Below, in pieces: positions 1 to 7,956 of a DNA stretch of 47,623 nt (positions are counted from its first letter, which is position 1; the number at the start of each line of letters is the position of its first letter). A program made the position numbers and the translations under genes. The stretch lies in NCBI GenBank assembly GCA_030425945.1, contig JAUHZL010000001.1, positions 1 through 47,623 on the forward strand, written 5' to 3'. The notes under the pieces were generated by a model that worked only from the letters and a program-made list of their open reading frames with translations, was not told where the DNA came from and made no database searches. The DNA is from Alphaproteobacteria bacterium. GTDB taxonomy: Bacteria; Pseudomonadota; Alphaproteobacteria; Rhodobacterales; Rhodobacteraceae.

Positions 1-222
1 ACCCGCCGCAAGAAGACGGGGCTTTTTTGGGGGGCTGCGCCTGGGATGGAGGGGTGTGGGCTGTCACGTTTCCTTTGGAAACATGACCTTGCCCACCCGC
101 CGCAAAAAGACGGGGCTTTTTTGGGGGGGCTGCGCCCGGGATGGAGGGGTGTGGGCTGTCACGTTTCCTTTGGAAACATGACCTTGCCCACCCGCCGCAA
201 AAAGACGGGGCTTTTTGCGGCG
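1..222. repeat. Tandem ~95-bp palindromic (REP-like) repeat, 2 full units plus 1 partial
   Basis: Near-identical units start at 1, 95 and 190. Each full unit holds the imperfect palindrome GTGGGC-TGTCA-CGTTTCC-TTT-GGAAAC-A-TGAC-CTT-GCCCAC. The last unit ends in a perfect hairpin at 193-222. The array may continue left of the window. Confidence 0.85.
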
Positions 223-223
223 T

Positions 224-257
224 AAAAAAAACGGCGGTGTCTTGGAGACACCGCCGT
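224..257 (-). terminator. Rho-independent terminator of the DUF1127/cuckoo sRNA transcript
   Basis: 12-bp stem ACGGCGGTGTCT/AGACACCGCCGT with a 3-nt loop, followed on the minus strand by a T-run (A-run at 224-231). Confidence 0.85.
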
Positions 258-261
258 GAAG

Positions 262-494
262 TAAACGGAACCCCAGGGAGGAGGAGAGGGGCTCCGAAAC
301 CGAATTCCGGTGCGGCGACGCCAGGGAGGAGGAGAGGCGCCGCCGCAGATGGATGCAGGCCCGAGGGAGGAGGAAGGGCCTTACATCTTGTCGGACCCGT
401 AGGCCCTGATGGTTCGGCGGGAGCGTCAGGGAGGAGGAAAGACGCCCGCGCCGGTCCGGACCTGCCAGGGAGGAGGGCGGCAGGCCCGAATTCG
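262..494 (-). ncRNA. CcsR/cuckoo-type sRNA array with five CCUCCUCCC hairpins
   Basis: GGGAGGAGG on + at 276, 324, 365, 429 and 468, each flanked by complementary arms. Lies in the 3' region of a DUF1127 gene, as in the Rhodobacter ccaF1-CcsR locus. Boundaries approximate. Confidence 0.8.
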
Positions 495-496
495 CA

Positions 497-715
497 TTAC
501 ATTTCGTAGGCCGCGGTATGGGCGATGCGGCGCAGTTCGGCGCGCACGATGCCCAGATCGGCCAGTTCGCGATCGGTGAGGCCCTGCAACTCGCTCAGGG
601 TGTCGCGAAAGACCTTGCGGCGCGCCATGCGGGCGCGGATGTCGATCAGAAGCGCGGAAACGCGGTCGGTCAAACCGGTTTGGGCGCGAGAGATATTGCC
701 TGCGGCATATGCCAT
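497..715 (-). CDS. DUF1127 small (RNA-binding) protein, CcaF1-like, 72 aa
   Basis: MAYAAGN...RRKVFRDTLSELQGLTDRELADLGIVRAELRRIA matches the DUF1127 pattern (EL..L.DREL.DLGI.R). Start taken at the internal ATG at 715. Confidence 0.9.
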   Translation of the reverse strand: MAYAAGNISRAQTGLTDRVSALLIDIRARMARRKVFRDTLSELQGLTDRELADLGIVRAELRRIAHTAAYEM

Positions 716-807
716 GTTTTTTCGCCTCAGTTGGCTGTGTGTCCGCGGTTGCGCTAAAGATGGGACAAATGCTGCACCTGCACAATGGCCGGAAAGGCAA
801 CGCTGCC

Positions 808-822
808 ATGCAGAAATCGCAT
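808..822. promoter_or_regulatory. LysR-type T-N11-A palindrome upstream of the DUF1127 gene
   Basis: ATGC-AGAAATC-GCAT in the divergent DUF1127/mrp intergenic region. Confidence 0.45.
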
Positions 823-936
823 ATGAGAACTGGGTGAAATCAAGGCGTTCTGCCCTAATTCGCGCCAAACCGCCCATCCGGGTTGCGGTGACGCAAGGTC
901 TGCGCCACCTAAAGCGGCAGCAATGGGAGAAGAGTT

Positions 937-1998
937 ATGGACGATCTGACACGGCAGGTGCGCGCGGCGCTGGCCCGGCTGGTGCTGCCCGATGGCGGAG
1001 ACCTTGTCTCGCGCGACATGATCCGCGCCTTGCGGGTCGAGGCCGGGGTGGCGCGCTTCGTGATCGAGGCGCCGTCGGCCGATATCGCGCGCCAGATGGA
1101 GCCGCTGCGCAAGGCGGCGGAGGCCGCGGTGCAGGCGGTTCCGGGGATCACCCAGGCGCAGGCCGCGCTGACCGCGCACGAGGCCAAGGCACCGCCCTCG
1201 CTCAAGGTGGGGGGCCACCCGACACCGCAAGCCGGCCCGATGACCCCGCCGGGCGTGCGCGCCATCCTGGCGGTCGGGTCGGGCAAGGGCGGGGTGGGCA
1301 AGTCCACCGTGTCGTCGAACCTGGCCGTGGCGCTGGCGCGTGCGGGCAAGCGGGTGGGGCTGCTGGACGCCGACATTCACGGACCCAGCCAGCCGCGCAT
1401 GTTCGGCCTGACCGCGCGCCCTGCCAGCCCCGACGGCAAGACGATCATCCCGCTGGCGGCGCATGGCGTGACGGTGATGTCCATCGGCTCGATGCTGGCC
1501 GAGGACAAGGCCGTGGTCTGGCGCGGGCCGATGCTGATGGGCGCGCTGCAGCAGATGCTGATGCAGGTGGACTGGGGCGAAAAGGACGTGCTGATCGTCG
1601 ACCTGCCGCCGGGGACGGGCGACGTGCAGCTGTCGCTCTGCCAGAAATCCGAGGTGGCGGGGGCCATCGTGGTCTCGACCCCGCAGGACGTGGCGCTGAT
1701 CGACGCGCGCAAGGCCATCGACGCGTTCCGCACATTGAACACGCCGGTTCTGGGGCTGGTGGAGAACATGGCCATGTTCACCTGCCCGCATTGCGGCACC
1801 GACACGCCGATCTTTGGCCATGGCGGCGTGGCCGAAGAGGCGCGGCGCATCGGGGTGCCGCTGTTGGCGCAACTGCCCATCGACCTGGAAACCCGCCAGG
1901 CCGGCGATGCCGGCACGCCGGTGGCGGCGGGAACCGGCGTGATGGCCGAGGCCTATGCCCGTCTTGCCGACCGTCTGATCGGCGGCGGCATGGTCTGA
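937..1998 (+). CDS. mrp: Mrp/NBP35 (ApbC) Fe-S cluster carrier ATPase
   Basis: GSGKGGVGKST deviant Walker A, LLDADIHGPS, WRGPM, DLPPGTGD, ENM..F.CPHC. Confidence 0.95.
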   Translation: MDDLTRQVRAALARLVLPDGGDLVSRDMIRALRVEAGVARFVIEAPSADIARQMEPLRKAAEAAVQAVPGITQAQAALTAHEAKAPPSLKVGGHPTPQAGPMTPPGVRAILAVGSGKGGVGKSTVSSNLAVALARAGKRVGLLDADIHGPSQPRMFGLTARPASPDGKTIIPLAAHGVTVMSIGSMLAEDKAVVWRGPMLMGALQQMLMQVDWGEKDVLIVDLPPGTGDVQLSLCQKSEVAGAIVVSTPQDVALIDARKAIDAFRTLNTPVLGLVENMAMFTCPHCGTDTPIFGHGGVAEEARRIGVPLLAQLPIDLETRQAGDAGTPVAAGTGVMAEAYARLADRLIGGGMV

Positions 1999-2154
1999 TC
2001 GCATGGGCGGCGCGTGGCCCCCGCGCGCCGCTCCGGGGCGAACCCGGTTGCATTGCCGCCTCTCAGGCGGCAGCCTTCGGGAACAAGACGTGTGGCAAGC
2101 GCGCCGATTCCGACGCAGCCCCGGGCCGGACCCGGTTTTGACAGGAGTGATGAG

Positions 2155-3327
2155 ATGACCCGTTCCCTGCGCGCCGTTTTTTCCGGTCTCGCGCTTCTGG
2201 CCTGCCTGGCCGGGGCCGCCCAGGCGTTTGACACCCGCGCGCGTGCGGCCTTCGTGCTGGACCAGACCACCGGCACGGTGCTTCTGGCCAAGCAGGCAGA
2301 CGAGCCGCTGCCGCCTGCCTCGATGTCGAAGCTGATGACGCTGTATGTCGCGTTCGAGGCCGTGCGCAACGGCCAGCTGAAGCTGGACGAACGCCTGCCC
2401 GTGTCGGCGCATGCCATGTCCTTTGGCGGCTCCACGATGTTTCTCGACACCACCGACCGCGTGACGGTCGAGGATCTGCTGCGCGGCATCATCGTGCTTT
2501 CGGGCAACGATGCCTGCGTCGTGATCGCCGAGGCGCTGTCGCCCGACGGCACCGAGGCCGGCTTTGCCCGCATGATGACCCAGCGGGCGCAACAGCTGGG
2601 CATGACCAATTCCACCTTCCGCAACGCCTCGGGCTGGCCCGCGGACGGGCACGAGATGTCGATGCGCGACCTCACCCTGCTGGCGGCGCGGCTGATCGAG
2701 GACTTCCCGGAGTTCTACCCGATGTTCGCCGAACGCCGGTTCGTCTTTGACGGGCGTGCGCCGGGCAATGTCAACAACCGCAACCCGCTTCTGGGGCTGG
2801 GGATCGGCGCGGACGGGCTCAAGACCGGGCACACGCAGGAGGCGGGCTATGGTCTGGTGGGATCTGCCAGCAATGGCCAGCGGCGGGTGATCTTTGCCAT
2901 CACCGGGCTCGACACCACCCGCGCGCGGGCCGAGGAATCCGAAGGCATCGTCAACTGGGCCTTCCGCCAGTTCGCCGAACAGACCATCGTGACCTCGGGC
3001 CGTGCGGTGGCGCAGGCCGATGTCTGGATGGGGGCCGCCGACACGGTGGGCCTGGTGGCCAAGGACGATGTGCGGCTGCTGCTGCCGGTGATGACGGTGA
3101 ACGGGCTGGATGCCGAAGTGGTTTATACCGGCCCCATCGAGGCGCCGGTGGCCGAAGGCCAGCGCCTGGCCGAACTGATCATCCGCCCCGAGGGGCTGCC
3201 CGAGACCCGCGTGCCGCTGTTTGCCGAAGCCGCCGTGGAGGCGGGCGGCTTTCTGGACCGGATCATGACGGTCAGCCAGGTGCTGCTGAAGCGGCTGCAG
3301 GACGGTCCCGCGGAGGAGGCCAGTTGA
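2155..3327 (+). CDS. dacC: D-alanyl-D-alanine carboxypeptidase (PBP5/6 family)
   Basis: Signal peptide, PASMSK (SxxK), SGN (SxN) and KTG motifs. AGGAG upstream of ATG 2155. Confidence 0.9.
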   Translation: MTRSLRAVFSGLALLACLAGAAQAFDTRARAAFVLDQTTGTVLLAKQADEPLPPASMSKLMTLYVAFEAVRNGQLKLDERLPVSAHAMSFGGSTMFLDTTDRVTVEDLLRGIIVLSGNDACVVIAEALSPDGTEAGFARMMTQRAQQLGMTNSTFRNASGWPADGHEMSMRDLTLLAARLIEDFPEFYPMFAERRFVFDGRAPGNVNNRNPLLGLGIGADGLKTGHTQEAGYGLVGSASNGQRRVIFAITGLDTTRARAEESEGIVNWAFRQFAEQTIVTSGRAVAQADVWMGAADTVGLVAKDDVRLLLPVMTVNGLDAEVVYTGPIEAPVAEGQRLAELIIRPEGLPETRVPLFAEAAVEAGGFLDRIMTVSQVLLKRLQDGPAEEAS

Positions 3328-3947
3328 CGAAAGGCCTGTTCCTGAGCTTCGAGGGGATCGACGGATCGGGGAAATCGACGCAGGCCCGGCGGCTGGCCGA
3401 CGCGCTTGAAGCGCGCGGCCATGCCGTGGTTCTGACCCGCGAACCCGGCGGCAGCCCCGGGGCCGAGGAAATCCGCGCGCTTGTACTGCAGGGCGCGCCC
3501 GACCGCTGGTCGGCCGAGACCGAGCTTTTGCTTTTCACCGCTGCGCGCCGCGACCATCTGGAACGCACCATCCGCCCGGCACTGGCCGCCGGCCGCGTGG
3601 TGATCTGCGACCGCTTTGCCGACAGCACGCGGATGTATCAGGGCCTGTCGCGCGGCGACCTGCGCGGCAAGGTCGACGCATTGCACGATCTGATGATCGG
3701 GATCGAGCCGGACCTGACCCTGCTGATCGACATGGACCCGCGCGCCGCTCTGGCCCGCGCCAAGGCCCGCGCCACCGCCGAGGAACGGTTCGAGGATTTT
3801 GGCCTGGGCCTGCAGGAACGCATGCGGGCGGGTTTTCTGGCGCTGGCGCGGGAATTCGCGCCGCGCTTTGCCGTGATCGACGGCAACCGCGATGCGGCCT
3901 GCGTGGCGGCGGATGTGCTCGACGCCGTCGGGGCACGCCTGGCATGA
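3324..3947 (+). CDS. tmk: Thymidylate kinase
   Basis: FEGIDGSGKST, TREPGG, CDRF motifs. Conserved dac-tmk-holB order. Confidence 0.95.
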   Translation: MTKGLFLSFEGIDGSGKSTQARRLADALEARGHAVVLTREPGGSPGAEEIRALVLQGAPDRWSAETELLLFTAARRDHLERTIRPALAAGRVVICDRFADSTRMYQGLSRGDLRGKVDALHDLMIGIEPDLTLLIDMDPRAALARAKARATAEERFEDFGLGLQERMRAGFLALAREFAPRFAVIDGNRDAACVAADVLDAVGARLA

Positions 3948-5104
3948 GCGACGGTGCCTCTCCCGAACCCGACCGTCTGGACGGCGCGCCACACCCGCGC
4001 CAGACGCTGCACCTGTACGGGCAGGGCGCGGCCGAGGCAGAGTTTCTGACGGCCTTCACCAGCGGTCGGCTGCACCAGGGCTGGCTGATGACGGGGCCTC
4101 GGGGCGTGGGCAAGGCAACGCTGGCCTGGCGCATCGCGCGGTTTCTGCTGGCTACGCCCGAACCCGACGCCGGCGGGCTGTTCGGCGCGCCGCCGCCGCC
4201 CGCCAGCCTGGACATCTCGCCCGACCACCCGGTGGCGCACCGCGTCGCCGCGCTGTCGGAGCCGGGGCTGTTCCTGCTGCGCCGCGGCGCGGTGGGCCAG
4301 TCCGAGGGCGAGCGCGAAAAGGCCTGGGAAGACGGGCGCTTTTCCGCCGTTATCCGGGTGGACGAGGTGCGCAAGCTGGCCGGTTTTCTGCATCTCTCCG
4401 CCACCGATGGGGGGCGGCGCGTGGTGATCGTGGATGCGGCGGACGACATGAACACCCAGGCCGCCAACGCCATCCTCAAGCTGCTGGAAGAGCCGCCCGC
4501 GCGCACCACGCTGCTGCTGGTCTGCCACCAGCCCGCGCGCCTTCTGCCCACCATCCGGTCGCGCTGCAGGACATTGCGGCTGGGCCCGCTGGGGGCCGAC
4601 GACATGCAGGCGGCGCTGGCGCAGGCCGGGGCAGAGGTCCCGCCGGGGGAGATCGCCGCAATCGCCGAACTGGCGGGCGGCAGCGTGGGCGCGGCGCTGC
4701 ACCTGCTGCAGGCCGACGGTCTGGCGCTTTATGGCGAACTGCTGGGGCTGCTGGGCGGTCTGCCCGCGCTTGACCGGCCGCGGCTGCTGGCGCTGGCCGA
4801 CAGTTGCGCGGCCCGCGGGCAGGAGGCCCGTCGCGACCTGACGCTGAGCCTGTGCGACACCCTTGCCGCCCGTCTGGCCCGCGCGGGCGTCACCGGGATG
4901 CCGCCCGACGTGGATATCGTGCCGGGCGAGGGCAGGGTGCTGGCCGCGCTTGCCCCCGATCTTGCGGCCGGGCGGCGCTGGGCCGAACGGGTACAGGAGG
5001 CCGGAGAGCGCGCCCGGCACGCCCGCGCGGTCAATATCGACACAGCACAGATGGTGACCGATCTGGTGCTGACCCTTGCGAGGGGCGCCCCCGTCTTGCG
5101 CTGA
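3944..5104 (+). CDS. holB: DNA polymerase III subunit delta'
   Basis: GPRGVGKATLA, AANAILKLLEEPP, LLPTIRSRC. Follows tmk. Confidence 0.95.
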   Translation: MSDGASPEPDRLDGAPHPRQTLHLYGQGAAEAEFLTAFTSGRLHQGWLMTGPRGVGKATLAWRIARFLLATPEPDAGGLFGAPPPPASLDISPDHPVAHRVAALSEPGLFLLRRGAVGQSEGEREKAWEDGRFSAVIRVDEVRKLAGFLHLSATDGGRRVVIVDAADDMNTQAANAILKLLEEPPARTTLLLVCHQPARLLPTIRSRCRTLRLGPLGADDMQAALAQAGAEVPPGEIAAIAELAGGSVGAALHLLQADGLALYGELLGLLGGLPALDRPRLLALADSCAARGQEARRDLTLSLCDTLAARLARAGVTGMPPDVDIVPGEGRVLAALAPDLAAGRRWAERVQEAGERARHARAVNIDTAQMVTDLVLTLARGAPVLR

Positions 5105-5106
5105 GA

Positions 5107-6018
5107 TCAGTGCGTGACGGCGTAGGCGTCGGTAAACCCGGTGTCCTTGATCTTGCCCAGAAGGGTCGACAGCTCGCCCTTGGATTGCGCCGGTCCGACG
5201 ACGACACGCCAGAACGTCTTGCCGTTGGAGTTGTGCTGCTTGACCGTCGGCACCATGCCCGCCTGCCGCATCGCGGTTGCGGTGTTCTTGGCGTTCTGCT
5301 CGACACTGAAAATGCCGATCTGAACAAAGGGCTTGGCCGGGCGGTTGGGCTTGGGCGCCGTCGCCGCGGGCTTGGGTGCCGGCGGCTCTGCCGCGGAAGG
5401 GGCCGGTTTCTTCGGGGCGGGGGCTGCAGCAGCGATGGCCTCGGCTGCGCCCGAGACCACCGGATCCAGCGCGCCTTCGCTCACCTCGGGGGCCGGCGGC
5501 ACCGGCGCTTCGGCAAGCGCTTCGTCGGGTGCGGTCTGATCTTCGGGCGCGATCTCCACCTCTTCGCGCTTGAGTGCGACGACGTTGAGGTTCACCGGCT
5601 GGCCGGCCAGCATGCCCAGGGCCGCGGCGGCGTCCGACGACACCTGCAGGCGCGGGCCCGGCGACTGCCGCTCGCGCCGGAACAGCGCGCCGATGACGAA
5701 CTTGCCGTTCTGTTCGTTGCGGATGATGACCCGCTCGGGGTCTTTCACGTCGGGATGTGCCACCCAGACGCCGCCCAGCGACGGCCGCCCGTCCCACAGC
5801 CCCGCTTCGGAGGTCTGGAAGATCTCGGGCGCCTCGATGTCGCGTTCGGTGGTGCGCGCCCCGCCGGTGGCGGCCCGGGCCACGACCTCGCCCTCTTGCG
5901 CCTTGGGCTGAAGAAAGGCGGGCATCTGCCCGTCGGCGCAGGCCGAAAGGGTCAGCGCCCCGGCCAGCAGCGCGGATACGCGCAAAGGTCCAGCGTTCCG
6001 GACGGACGGTCTGCTCAT
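5107..6018 (-). CDS. SPOR domain lipoprotein
   Basis: Lipobox LSAC, Pro/Ala-rich linker, C-terminal FVQIGIFS...WRVVVGP...GFTDAY SPOR domain. Start at ATG 6018. Confidence 0.85.
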   Translation of the reverse strand: MSRPSVRNAGPLRVSALLAGALTLSACADGQMPAFLQPKAQEGEVVARAATGGARTTERDIEAPEIFQTSEAGLWDGRPSLGGVWVAHPDVKDPERVIIRNEQNGKFVIGALFRRERQSPGPRLQVSSDAAAALGMLAGQPVNLNVVALKREEVEIAPEDQTAPDEALAEAPVPPAPEVSEGALDPVVSGAAEAIAAAAPAPKKPAPSAAEPPAPKPAATAPKPNRPAKPFVQIGIFSVEQNAKNTATAMRQAGMVPTVKQHNSNGKTFWRVVVGPAQSKGELSTLLGKIKDTGFTDAYAVTH

Positions 6019-6254
6019 AGCGTGCCTCTTGCTCTTGTGTCCCCGACGTGTGGTCGCCGGATGATCTGCATTGCCTGCCTCGACCGGGGCGTTATCCCCC
6101 GTTTTGTGCACAGAGTAACCGTTTGCACGCGCCCTGAAAAGCCCGTTGCCACCGCAGCGGCGATTTTTCCCTCGGGCTGTCCTGTACGACGCGCAGGTGG
6201 TGCGGCACGGAGGTCTTCTAGAATCGCAAGACACCCGGTATGCCTGCCCTTCAC

Positions 6255-6344
6255 GGAGGTTTGGCAGAGTGGTCGATTGCGGCGGTCTTGAAAACCGTTG
6301 GGCGTGAGAGCGTCCCCAGGGTTCGAATCCCTGAGCCTCCGCCA
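6255..6344 (+). tRNA. tRNA-Ser(TGA)
   Basis: GGAGGTT acceptor arm, anticodon arm GCGGT-CT-TGA-AA-ACCGT, long variable arm, GGTTCGAATCC T-arm, encoded CCA. 90 nt. Confidence 0.97.
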
Positions 6345-6732
6345 CTATCACCATTGCGAACCCGTTCTGGCCGCCCGACCGAGGCGAAATTTCTCCTGTT
6401 TTCAAAGGGGTTTGCCGGAATGGTGCGAACCGGTGAGACGCGGGCGCGGAGCGATTTCCGTCTCTGAATGGCCTCTCGTCTCTGGTCGAGCGAACCGCGT
6501 TGATTTAGGTTCGGTCGAAAATTTCCTCGCTTTTCCAATGGCCTGACTCGCAACTCCGCCAAAACTGCGCGCCCTGTTTCCATCGCTATCGAGCGAAACA
6601 GAGACCGAACACGCAGGAGGCGTAGCCGATGGGTGCGCTGGCAGAACGGCGCGTAGCGGTGGCGGAGCAATCGGTGACGGGCTCAGCGAAGCCATTGATG
6701 ACAAACACACATCGCGCCTCTAGCCTGGCGGC

Positions 6733-7569
6733 ATGGCGAGTGGCCCTTGGACCGATGAAGAAAACGACCTGATCGTTGCGGATTATTTCGCGATGCTGGC
6801 CGACGACATCATTGGGCGCCGCTACAGCAAAGCCGAGCATCGCTGGGCCCTCTTGCCGCTCCTGAACGACCGGTCTGAGGGATCGGTGGAGTTCAAGCAC
6901 CAGAACATCAGCGCGGTTCTCAAGGGCCTCGGCGAGGACTGGATCCCCGGCTACAAGCCCGCCTTCAATTTCCAGATGACACTGGTCGACGCGGTGGCGC
7001 GGTGGTTGGCGCTTCATCCGGACTGGCTCGGCCGGTTGCCCGGCATGCGTTCTGCGACCGGCCTGCGCGAGGCGGCGCAGGTCTGGGTTGGTCCTCCGCC
7101 CACGCTCTCCAACCAGCCTCCGCCGCAAGAGCTCGACCAGATGCTGCACATCGCTCGGAAGTTCGACGTGGCAGGCCGGGACGAGCGCAATCGCGCCCTC
7201 GGCCGTGCCGGCGAGGAACGTGTGCTTGCGCACGAGCATGCCACGCTGCAGGCCGCGGGACGGGATGACCTGGCGCGCAAGGTCCGCTGGGTCTCGGAGG
7301 AGGACGGCGACGGCGCGGGCTACGATATCGCCAGCTACGCGCCAGATGGCCGCCCGCGGCTGATCGAGGTGAAGACAACGAACGGCTGGGAACGAACGCC
7401 CTTCCACATCACGCGGAACGAGCTGGCCGTTGCCGAAGAACGGCGCGCGGAGTGGTGCCTGTTCCGGATGTGGAATTTCTCGCGCGAGCCGCGGGCGTTC
7501 GAGCTCTACCCGCCGCTCGATGCGCATGTCTCGCTGACGCCGACGTCGTTTCAGGCCAGCTTTCACTGA
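6733..7569 (+). CDS. DUF3883 (NO VEIN C-terminal) PD-(D/E)XK nuclease domain protein
   Basis: C-terminal G..GEE.V...GDGAGYDIASY...RLIEVKTT...FHITRNE. N-terminal WTDEE...RSEGSVEFKHQNISAVL helical domain. Confidence 0.8.
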   Translation: MASGPWTDEENDLIVADYFAMLADDIIGRRYSKAEHRWALLPLLNDRSEGSVEFKHQNISAVLKGLGEDWIPGYKPAFNFQMTLVDAVARWLALHPDWLGRLPGMRSATGLREAAQVWVGPPPTLSNQPPPQELDQMLHIARKFDVAGRDERNRALGRAGEERVLAHEHATLQAAGRDDLARKVRWVSEEDGDGAGYDIASYAPDGRPRLIEVKTTNGWERTPFHITRNELAVAEERRAEWCLFRMWNFSREPRAFELYPPLDAHVSLTPTSFQASFH

Positions 7570-7572
7570 CCG

Positions 7573-7956
7573 TCAGTCGAACACCCGCGCTGGCTGCTCG
7601 TCCCACGGAAGCGACGCGACAAAGCAAAGGTCGTAGAGGCTGATCGCGCAGGGTTCGCGGCGCACGATCAGCCGCTCGAGAACCTCGGGCGCCAGCCATG
7701 CGAGGCGCAGGAGGCGGCTGACATAGCGGTCGGAGAGGCCTTCCTCGGCGGCGAGATCCGCGATGGTGGTGGCCTCGCCGCGCTCCATCCTTTTCCGCCA
7801 CGACCATGCACGGCCGATGGCGCGCAGCACGCGGGGATCCTGTCCCGGCGGCGGGTCCGACGTCTCGACGTTCTTCGGCGGCAGGATGCGCGGCCGGCCG
7901 CCGCGCTTGCGGACCGTGAGCGGGATGTGGACGCGGATCGTCTCGTTGGCGGGCAT
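7573..7956 (-). CDS. Recombinase-associated HTH protein, 127 aa
   Basis: RKRGGR motif and TIADLAAEEGLSDRYVSRLLRLAWLAP HTH. Start overlaps the recombinase stop (TGATG). Confidence 0.75.
   Translation of the reverse strand: MPANETIRVHIPLTVRKRGGRPRILPPKNVETSDPPPGQDPRVLRAIGRAWSWRKRMERGEATTIADLAAEEGLSDRYVSRLLRLAWLAPEVLERLIVRREPCAISLYDLCFVASLPWDEQPARVFD

Noticed and set aside
1-222. CRISPR array
   Set aside because: Whole units are near-identical with no unique spacers, and there is no cas operon in the window.
141-509. 122-aa ORF across the repeats and sRNA region
   Set aside because: Translation of repeats and hairpins antisense to the sRNA array, with no protein features.
754-5797. Long antisense and alternative-frame ORFs over mrp/dac/tmk/holB, and similar ones over the recombinase, portal and tape measure genes
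   Set aside because: Expected shadow ORFs in high-GC DNA with no recognisable motifs, unlike the methylase +1 frame.
6300-6344. Duplicated tRNA 3' end marking attL/attR
   Set aside because: No second copy was found by eye in this window. The other prophage end lies outside it.
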